This document shows positions 30,532 to 37,337 of a DNA stretch of 37,337 nucleotides, in pieces. Source of the DNA: Sphingomicrobium sp. (lineage in GTDB: Bacteria; Pseudomonadota; Alphaproteobacteria; Sphingomonadales; Sphingomonadaceae); assembly GCA_046590765.1 (NCBI GenBank), contig JBKJUB010000034.1, positions 1-37,337 of the forward strand. The letters run 5' to 3'. Within the stretch, counting starts at the first letter, position 1. The number at the start of each line of letters is the position of its first letter. The notes beneath the pieces are model-generated. The model did no database searches, had not been told where the DNA came from, and worked only from the letters and a program-made list of their open reading frames with translations. The translations under genes were made by a program, and so were the position numbers.

Positions 30532-32400
30532 TTACCAGCCCTGCGTCTTGCCCGCGTTCTGCTTGTCGAGCCAGGCTTTGAGCGGGGCGAAATATTCGAC
30601 CATCGCATTGCCCGACATCTGGCGCGTGCCGGTAAAGGCCTCGAGCGCGTCGGGCCACGGTTTGGACGCGCCCATTTCGAGCATCGCATTCAGCTTCGCG
30701 CCGACGTCCTTGTTACCGTAGAAGCTGCAGCGATGGAGCGGGCCTTTCCAGCCGGCCGCGTCGCATGCCGCCTTGTAGAATTGGAACTGCAGGACCCGCG
30801 CCAGGAAGTAGCGCGTATAAGGCGTGTTGCCGGGGATGTGGAACTTGGCTCCGGCATCGAAGCCATCGGCCGAGCGCGCAGTCGGCGGGGTGATGCCCTG
30901 ATAATCTAGCCGCATCTTGGTCCAGGCATTGTTATAGTCGGCGGGCGCGATGGTGCCGTCAAAGATTCCCCAACGATAGCGATCGACCAGAAGTCCGAAA
31001 GGCAGAAACGCGACCTTGTCCATGGCCTGGCGAAGCAGCAGGCCGATGTCCTTGTCCGCGCTCGGTACGCGGCTGCGCGGAAGCAATCCGATCTGGACCA
31101 GATATTCGGGCGTGATCGACAGTGCGACCGCATCGCCGATGGCTTCGTGGAAGCCGTCATTGGCGCCGTTCAAGTACAGCGTCGGCTGGTTCTTGTAGGC
31201 ACGCTGGTAATAATTGTGGCCGAGCTCATGGTGGATGGTAGTGAAATCGTCGCCATTGCGCTTGATGCACATCTTGATCCGGACATCGTCCTTATTGTCC
31301 AAATCCCACGCCGAGGCGTGGCACACGACTTCACGGTCCTTGGGCTTAAGGAACATCGAGCGTTCGTAGAACGTCTGCGGCAATGGCGCGAAGCCAAGGC
31401 TGGAGAAGAAGCCTTCCCCGGTCTTGACCATCTTCAACTCGTCATACTTTTTGGCGGCAAGCAAATCGGTCACATCGAAACCGAGATCGCCCGCCCCCTT
31501 GGGCGCGACCAACGGATAGATATTGCCCCATTCCTGGGCCCACATATTGCCCAGCAGGTCGGCGCGGATGGGGCCGTTAGCGGCTTGTATTTTATTGCCA
31601 TATTTCTTGTTGAGCTGGCCGCGCACATAGGTGTGGAGCGCCATGTAGAGCGGCTTTACCTCCTGCCACAGCCGCTCGGTCTCGGCCGCGAACGCCTCCG
31701 GCGGCATGTCATAGCCCGAGCGCCACATCGCGCCGGTATCGGCAAAACCCAATTCCTTCGACCCGGCGTTGGCGATCCCGACCATGCGGGCATAGTCATT
31801 CTTCATCGGCGCGCCGACATTGTCGTGCCAACTGGTCCACATTTCGGAAAATTGCTTGGGCGAATGCTTAAGGTTACCCATTTCGGCTTCGATGTCCGAT
31901 CCGTTGATCGGCTTGCCGTCCAGCGTGCCCTTGCCCTTGCCATAATCGGACTGCAGCTTAGTCGCGATGTTGTTGAGCTCGGTCGCCGCGCCCGGGGTGG
32001 TCGGCGCTGGAAGGACAATGCCATTGCGCAAGATGTCGAGTTTGCGCTTGGTGTCGTAGCTCAGCCCCTCGACCTGCGCATATTTGGCCGCCTCGATCGC
32101 ATATTTGACGGTTTTCTCGGTGCCGATCGCGTTGATCTTGGCGGCGGCGGCATCGGTCGCGTCGGTGATGTTGGTGGCATTGTCCCAATTCACCAGGTTC
32201 GCTTCGACCGAATAGTCGAACAAATCCTTCTCTGCTGCGGCAATGAATGCATCGGCGGCAGCGGCGGTCAGCGCGGGCGCAGCAACCGGCACCTCGGCTG
32301 CGGCAATTACCGGCGTTTCGGCGACCATTGTATCGGTGGTCGTGGCACAACCGGCGAGCGCCAGCGCGAGCAACGAAACGGTGGGAGCAAGCATCTTCAT
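30532..32400 (-). CDS. M2 family metallopeptidase (peptidyl-dipeptidase A / ACE-like), lipoprotein
   Basis: Signal peptide with lipobox LAGC, LLGNMWAQEW, CHASAWD, HHELGH (HExxH), GANDGFHEAIGD, DAGAKFHI, PYTRYF. Start set at ATG 32400 with GAGGA upstream. Confidence 0.95.
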   Translation of the reverse strand: MKMLAPTVSLLALALAGCATTTDTMVAETPVIAAAEVPVAAPALTAAAADAFIAAAEKDLFDYSVEANLVNWDNATNITDATDAAAAKINAIGTEKTVKYAIEAAKYAQVEGLSYDTKRKLDILRNGIVLPAPTTPGAATELNNIATKLQSDYGKGKGTLDGKPINGSDIEAEMGNLKHSPKQFSEMWTSWHDNVGAPMKNDYARMVGIANAGSKELGFADTGAMWRSGYDMPPEAFAAETERLWQEVKPLYMALHTYVRGQLNKKYGNKIQAANGPIRADLLGNMWAQEWGNIYPLVAPKGAGDLGFDVTDLLAAKKYDELKMVKTGEGFFSSLGFAPLPQTFYERSMFLKPKDREVVCHASAWDLDNKDDVRIKMCIKRNGDDFTTIHHELGHNYYQRAYKNQPTLYLNGANDGFHEAIGDAVALSITPEYLVQIGLLPRSRVPSADKDIGLLLRQAMDKVAFLPFGLLVDRYRWGIFDGTIAPADYNNAWTKMRLDYQGITPPTARSADGFDAGAKFHIPGNTPYTRYFLARVLQFQFYKAACDAAGWKGPLHRCSFYGNKDVGAKLNAMLEMGASKPWPDALEAFTGTRQMSGNAMVEYFAPLKAWLDKQNAGKTQGW

Positions 32401-32476
32401 GGGCGGGGGATCCTCATCCTGGGTCAGTGTTTTGTTGTTCGCGTAATGGGCGGATGCGCGTTCAACGCCCCGCTCG

Positions 32477-33235
32477 TCAAGACGCTCCAAAGAAGTCGGC
32501 GATGGCGGCGCCAAATTCGGTCTTGGTGACGCTCGACATGTGGGTACCGGGGACCGGCGCATAGGTTGCGTTGGGGAGCGCTTCGACCAAGCGGGGAGCG
32601 CTGCCATTGTCCTCATCCTCGGTGCCGCACAGCACGCAGGTCGGCATAGTGAAGGCGGCGAGCCACTTGGGATGCGCATCGGTGAAGGTCGGCAGCAACA
32701 GTTTCGCAGCCTCGAGATCGACCTTCATCGTCTTCATGAACTGGATCGCGAGCCAGTGCGGATCGCCGCGACTCGAGGTATCGACATTGGCGATTGCGTC
32801 GAGGAAGAAATGCTTGCGTCGGAGCCAGCCAGTGAGCCCCTCGAGCCCCATCCCGGCAAGGATCGCGCGGCGCGGCGTAAGCCCCTCGCCGACCGCTTGG
32901 ACGATCGTGCGCGCGCCGAGCGAGAAACCGCCGAGGTCGTAATCGACAAGGTCAAGGTAGGCGACAAGTTCGGTCAGGTCGCGGCCAAGGATGCCATCGT
33001 GGTAGAGCGCAGGATCGTGCGGCTTGCCGCTCAATCCATGCGCGCGCAGATCAGGCATGATTACGCGGAAACCCGCCTCGACCAGTCGTTCCGCCGCACC
33101 GAATTTGATCCAGTTGGTAACGCCGTCAGAGAACAGACCATGGACGAGCACAACCGCCCGCCCCTCCCCCAGTTCGCGATAGGCGAGATCGACTCCGTCC
33201 GACGCGGTCCAGTGGTGGATAGTGGGTTCGGTCAA
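32477..33235 (-). CDS. alpha/beta fold hydrolase
   Basis: VHG, DLRAHGLS, GFSLG nucleophile elbow, Asp and C-terminal His (GTHMS); TTG start overlaps the GFA stop. Confidence 0.9.
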   Translation of the reverse strand: MTEPTIHHWTASDGVDLAYRELGEGRAVVLVHGLFSDGVTNWIKFGAAERLVEAGFRVIMPDLRAHGLSGKPHDPALYHDGILGRDLTELVAYLDLVDYDLGGFSLGARTIVQAVGEGLTPRRAILAGMGLEGLTGWLRRKHFFLDAIANVDTSSRGDPHWLAIQFMKTMKVDLEAAKLLLPTFTDAHPKWLAAFTMPTCVLCGTEDEDNGSAPRLVEALPNATYAPVPGTHMSSVTKTEFGAAIADFFGAS

Positions 33236-33675
33236 CGCTGCTCCTCACCCGCCGCGCGCCAGCGGTCGACCAACTTTGGATATTCGTCCGAGCGCATGCG
33301 CGGGAGGCTGGTCGTGTCGAGCCACGCTTCGTGGATGCTCTCGACGCCGAAGTGGCTGCCCGGCTTGAACCGCGACGGATCGTCGAATGCGGCGACGGTG
33401 AGGTCCATCTTTTCGGTGCCGGTCTTGTAGCGAAACCCAAGCGAGGTGCCGCACTTGGCGCAATAGGGGCGCTGCGCGATGGCCGAACTTTGATACCAAT
33501 CGGGCTCATGGCTCCAGCGGACGTCGGCCTGCTCGACATTCTTCATCGCCAGGCTGACATTTCCGCTCGCTCGCTGGCACATCCGGCAGTGGCAGAGATA
33601 GGCCTCATCGCTGTCGATCGCGGCCTCGAAGCGAATTCGACCGCACGCGCACCCGCCGGTCATCTTGTCCGTCAT
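33232..33675 (-). CDS. GFA / CENP-V family protein
   Basis: GGCACG, CHCRMCQR and YCAKCGT zinc ligands. Confidence 0.93.
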   Translation of the reverse strand: MTDKMTGGCACGRIRFEAAIDSDEAYLCHCRMCQRASGNVSLAMKNVEQADVRWSHEPDWYQSSAIAQRPYCAKCGTSLGFRYKTGTEKMDLTVAAFDDPSRFKPGSHFGVESIHEAWLDTTSLPRMRSDEYPKLVDRWRAAGEEQR

Positions 33676-33773
33676 TGTCGCCCCCTTTCACTGGCAATCA
33701 TTGCGCGGCTAAAGGATAGCATGTCCAGCGGCCGCGCCGGAACCGGCCTATCATTCGTCCGGCGGAGAAAAAA

Positions 33774-34436
33774 ATGTATCGCATCCTGCCAATCTTGAGC
33801 GCTGCGGAAGTGGGGCAATGCCGCGATATCGCGGCCGCTGCGAAGTTTGCCGATGGTCGAATCACCAATCCGCATAATGTGGCCAAGAACAATGAGCAGA
33901 TGCACGACCCCGGTGCTTATCAGCAAAGTTCGGACCTTCTCCGGGCGGCGGTGATGCGGTCGCGGGAGTTCATCGATTTTGCATTTCCAGTGTCCTTGGC
34001 GCCGCCGCTGATCACGCGGTACCAACCGGGCATGAAATATGGCGCTCACGCCGACGCCGCGTTCATCCAGCTGCCCAAGATCAGTATCCGAAGCGATCTT
34101 AGCTGTACCATCTTCCTCAGCGATCCAGCGTCTTATGACGGCGGCGAGCTCAAGGTTCGGCTTGGCGACGGCGAATTGAGTTTCAAACTGAAGCCGGGTG
34201 AAGCGATTTTCTATCCGTCGGATAGCCTCCACCAGGTTGTCCCCGTGACAAGGGGCGAACGTCTGGTCGCGATCACCTTCATCCAGAGCCGGATTCAGGA
34301 TCCGATCCGCCGCAACCTGTTATTCGAGCTCAACGAAGTCGCGGCGCTTGAGGGTCTCAAGATGGCGCACGAAAATTACAGCCGACTCCAGCTGGTTCAG
34401 CAAAGCCTGCTCCGCCACTGGAGCGACATGCCGTAA
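33774..34436 (+). CDS. PKHD-type Fe(II)/2OG-dependent dioxygenase (YbiX/PiuC family), copy 1
   Basis: DGRIT, KNNEQ, H-A-D, RSDLSCTIFLSDPASYDGGEL, YPSDSLHQV, VTRGER. Confidence 0.92.
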   Translation: MYRILPILSAAEVGQCRDIAAAAKFADGRITNPHNVAKNNEQMHDPGAYQQSSDLLRAAVMRSREFIDFAFPVSLAPPLITRYQPGMKYGAHADAAFIQLPKISIRSDLSCTIFLSDPASYDGGELKVRLGDGELSFKLKPGEAIFYPSDSLHQVVPVTRGERLVAITFIQSRIQDPIRRNLLFELNEVAALEGLKMAHENYSRLQLVQQSLLRHWSDMP

Positions 34437-34448
34437 GGCGGTCGAGCG

Positions 34449-34925
34449 CTATTGAGGGGCGCCAGCGGGGGTTGGCGGCATCGACACGTGCTCGGCAATG
34501 ATCTTCCACCTGCCATCCTTCTGGCGCTGGAAGACGTCGGTGAAGCGTGCGCTGACCATTGGCCGGGCAGCGCCGGCCTCGACCGTGAACCGCTCGATGC
34601 CAGAGCTGACGAAGGCGTCGGGGCCGACCAATTGAATATGGCGACTCGCGACCTGGTAATCGGCTGGTTTCATGCTGACGAAAGTTTTCGCCCAGCCCGA
34701 CTGGATCTTGCGGTCGGAGCTGGGTTCGACCGTGGCAGCATCGATCATCACGGCGCGGTCGGCATATTGATCCATGATCGTGCCCAGATCGCCGCTCGTG
34801 AAGGTTGCTTCGGCGGCGGCAGCAATCTGCGCCGCCTGAGCTTCGGTAACGGGCGGGTTGGTGCCTGCGGGTTGCTGACACCCGGCGAGCGCGGGCAGGA
34901 TGGCGACGATGATCGCGTAGCGCAT
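34449..34925 (-). CDS. DUF4440 / SnoaL-NTF2-like lipoprotein
   Basis: Lipobox LAGC, C-terminal RFTDVFQRQKDGRWKIIAEHVS, SD GGGAG. Confidence 0.85.
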   Translation of the reverse strand: MRYAIIVAILPALAGCQQPAGTNPPVTEAQAAQIAAAAEATFTSGDLGTIMDQYADRAVMIDAATVEPSSDRKIQSGWAKTFVSMKPADYQVASRHIQLVGPDAFVSSGIERFTVEAGAARPMVSARFTDVFQRQKDGRWKIIAEHVSMPPTPAGAPQ

Positions 34926-35001
34926 TTGACTATACTCCCTCTGTTGCCGGCCACATTAGTCGCTTAAGCTGGCAACCGCCAAGGCCGCACGGGGCAAAAC
35001 G

Positions 35002-35664
35002 ATGTATCGACTGTTCGAGTTGCTCAATGCCGATCAAGTGGCCCGGCTGCGTGAGATTGCACGCGGCGCGACCTGGGTCGACGGGCGGATCACCAACCCG
35101 ACCAACACCGGCAAGAAGAATGAGCAGATCAAGGACGGTGCGGCGCGCCAGGAAAGCGGGAAAATCCTTGCCGAAGCGCTCGGCGCAAGCATGGTTTTCA
35201 ACGATGTGGCGCTGCCGGTTGCCGTGGCGCTACCGTTGCTTAGCCGATATTCGCCGGGGATGGGTTATGCGCTGCACGGCGACAATGCCTATCTCGCGCT
35301 CGGCAATCTGACGATCCGCAACGATCTGGCGTGCACCATCTTCCTCGCCGATCCGGCCAGTTACGACGGCGGCGCTCTGGTGATCCATTCGGGCGATGTG
35401 CAAGCCTCGTTCAAGCTGCCCGCCGGCCATGCGATCCTCTATCCCGCCAACACTCCGCACGAGGTCGAGCCGGTCACGCGCGGCGAGCGGCTGGCGGCGT
35501 TCACTTTTATCCAAAGCCGGATCGCCGACCCGGCGCGACGCGCAACGGTGACCGAATTGGGGACAATCGCACGCTGCGAACGCGAGCGGATCGACCCTGC
35601 GGCGCATGCGCGGCTGCTGGTCATGCAGCAGAATTTGCTGCGCGAATGGGGCGACGCGCCTTAA
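35002..35664 (+). CDS. PKHD-type Fe(II)/2OG-dependent dioxygenase (YbiX/PiuC family), copy 2
   Basis: DGRIT, KKNEQ, H-G-D, RNDLACTIFLADPASYDGGAL, HEV, VTRGER. Confidence 0.9.
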   Translation: MYRLFELLNADQVARLREIARGATWVDGRITNPTNTGKKNEQIKDGAARQESGKILAEALGASMVFNDVALPVAVALPLLSRYSPGMGYALHGDNAYLALGNLTIRNDLACTIFLADPASYDGGALVIHSGDVQASFKLPAGHAILYPANTPHEVEPVTRGERLAAFTFIQSRIADPARRATVTELGTIARCERERIDPAAHARLLVMQQNLLREWGDAP

Positions 35665-36689
35665 GCGGCTTTTTGAAGGTGGCGACGGCCAAGCAGTTCG
35701 GCGATTTGCACTGCATTCAGGGCGGCGCCCTTGCGGAGATTGTCACTGACCACCCAGATACTGAGGCCGTTATCGACTGTCGGGTCTTCGCGCACGCGGC
35801 TGACGTAGGTGGCATATTCGCCGACACATTCGACCGGGGTGACATAGCCTCCATCCTCGCGCTTATCGACCAGCATGATGCCCGGCGATTCGCGCAGGAT
35901 ACGCTGGGCGTCGGCGGCCGAAATCTCGTCTTCGAACTCGATGTTAATTGCTTCCGAATGGCCGACAAACACCGGCACCCGGACGCAGGTCGCGCTGACC
36001 TTGATCTTGGAGCCGAGGATCTTCTTGGTTTCGACCACCATCTTCCATTCCTCCTTCGTCGAACCATCGTCGAGGAAATCGTCGATGTGGGGAATGACGT
36101 TGAACGCGATCTGCTTGGTGAACTTGACCGGCGAATTTGAGTCGCCGACGAAGATGTTGCGGCTCTGCTCGAACAGTTCGTCCATCCCTGCCTTCCCCGC
36201 GCCCGAGACCGACTGATAGGTGGCGACGACGACCCGCTTGATGGTCGCGGCGTCGTGCAGCGGCTTCAACGCGACGACCATCTGCGCGGTCGAGCAATTG
36301 GGGTTGGCGATGATATTCTTCGCGCGATAGCCGTCGATCGCCTCTGGATTGACCTCGGGGACCACCAGCGGGACGTCGGGGTCCATCCGGTAAAGCGAAC
36401 TATTGTCGATCACCGTGCAGCCGGCGGCGGCGGCGCGCGGGGCGTGGGCGCGGCTGACCTCGGAGCCGGCAGCGAACAAGGCGAGATCCCAGCCCTCGAA
36501 ATCGAAATGCTCGATATTGTGGACCTTCAACTCCTTGCCGCTGTCGCCAAGGTCGATGATCGTCCCGGTCGAACGCGGACTCGCGACTGCGGCAATCTCG
36601 TCATAAGGAAATTGCCGCTCGACCAGGATGTTGAGGATTTCCCGACCGACATTGCCGGTGGCGCCGACGACGACGACCCGATAGCCCAT
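35661..36689 (-). CDS. asd: aspartate-semialdehyde dehydrogenase
   Basis: VVGATGNVG, IDNSS, VPEVN, NPNCST, YQSVSGAG, CVRVPV..GHSE, DNLRKGAALN. Start set at ATG 36689. Confidence 0.98.
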   Translation of the reverse strand: MGYRVVVVGATGNVGREILNILVERQFPYDEIAAVASPRSTGTIIDLGDSGKELKVHNIEHFDFEGWDLALFAAGSEVSRAHAPRAAAAGCTVIDNSSLYRMDPDVPLVVPEVNPEAIDGYRAKNIIANPNCSTAQMVVALKPLHDAATIKRVVVATYQSVSGAGKAGMDELFEQSRNIFVGDSNSPVKFTKQIAFNVIPHIDDFLDDGSTKEEWKMVVETKKILGSKIKVSATCVRVPVFVGHSEAINIEFEDEISAADAQRILRESPGIMLVDKREDGGYVTPVECVGEYATYVSRVREDPTVDNGLSIWVVSDNLRKGAALNAVQIAELLGRRHLQKAA

Positions 36690-36780
36690 GATGCTTCCCA
36701 ACTTGATCTTAGAGTGAGCCTTGCACCTAGGTATGAAGGCTGCAAAGTCAACGCTTGGCGGGCGTTGGGAGGCGGAGAGT

Positions 36781-37337
36781 TTGCGCAGTGAATGGTTGAA
36801 TTGGCGCCTCCTGATGGCGGTCGCGTCGCTGTTGCTGGTGTTCGGACTGAAGGGCGCGCTGATCGCCCCGCCTACCCCGCCCAGCAGGATCGCGGCGGGC
36901 GACTTCGACACCCGGCGGGCGGTTGCGCGGCTGGCGCGGATTCTCGGCGACCAGCGGCCGCACCAGGTCGACAGCGCCGCCAATGACGCGGTCCGCCTGG
37001 CGTTGATGGCCGAGCTTCGCGGCGTCGGGCTCGACCCAAAGGTGCGAAGCGCAATGAATTGCAACACCACCACGCAGTCGCGCGTGGTCGGCTGCGCGAT
37101 GACCCGCAACATCGTCGCCTCGCTCGGCCCAACGAGCGGCAAGCGCCTGCTGCTCAACGCGCATTATGACAGTACCCCGACCGGGCCGGGCGCGTCGGAC
37201 GACGGGCTTGGAGTCGCGGCGCTGATCGAGGTGGCGGCGATCCTGCGCGCTTCCCCCCCGATGCGGCCGGTGACTTTCCTGTTCAACGAGGGCGAGGAGT
37301 TTGGCTTGAACGGCGCGCGCGCATTCGTCGCGCATGA
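36781..37337 (+). CDS. M28 family peptidase, N-terminal part, truncated by the window end
   Basis: Open frame from TTG 36781 (GGAG upstream): N-terminal TM, RPH, NIVA, LLNAHYDS..GPGASDDGLG, FLFNEGEEFGLNGA. No stop within the window. Confidence 0.88.
   Translation, partial: MRSEWLNWRLLMAVASLLLVFGLKGALIAPPTPPSRIAAGDFDTRRAVARLARILGDQRPHQVDSAANDAVRLALMAELRGVGLDPKVRSAMNCNTTTQSRVVGCAMTRNIVASLGPTSGKRLLLNAHYDSTPTGPGASDDGLGVAALIEVAAILRASPPMRPVTFLFNEGEEFGLNGARAFVAH

Noticed and set aside
31147-33430. 460-aa and 296-aa + strand ORFs opposite the peptidase and hydrolase
   Set aside because: Antisense shadows of well-supported genes.
36748-37335. 195-aa minus-strand ORF at the window end
   Set aside because: Shadow of the + strand M28 peptidase, which the track omitted because it has no stop in the window.

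Overview
GC-rich alphaproteobacterial chromosome segment, most likely Sphingomonadaceae (inferred from gene content, synteny and repeat type). It is almost all core genome. In order it holds a DOMON-like gene, a CGTC-type REP, tyrS, recG, sdhE-mfd, an EAL phosphodiesterase, NAD kinase, tRNA-Asn, putA, secA, and the conserved block ahcY-divL-tsaE-amgK-murU-addB-addA-trxA. After that come yqgE/algH, a peroxiredoxin, a hypothetical membrane protein, an M2 (ACE-like) lipoprotein peptidase, an alpha/beta hydrolase, a GFA protein, two PKHD-type Fe(II)/2OG dioxygenases around a DUF4440 lipoprotein, asd, and a truncated M28 peptidase. I found no mobile element, prophage, CRISPR array or defence system, and I cannot demonstrate a new multi-gene system. 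The best leads are: (1) a 46-aa membrane protein gene, missing from the ORF track, inserted antisense between addB and addA with its own promoter and SD; (2) local AT-rich, rare-codon tracts inside intact housekeeping genes (tyrS, addA, addB, tsaE, mfd); (3) a REP filling the divergent DOMON/tyrS promoter; (4) many apparently leaderless genes and a possible 8-codon uORF coupled to divL; (5) a SahR-like operator at ahcY; (6) a duplicated PKHD dioxygenase pair. All GC figures are hand counts on short windows, and promoter calls are by-eye predictions.
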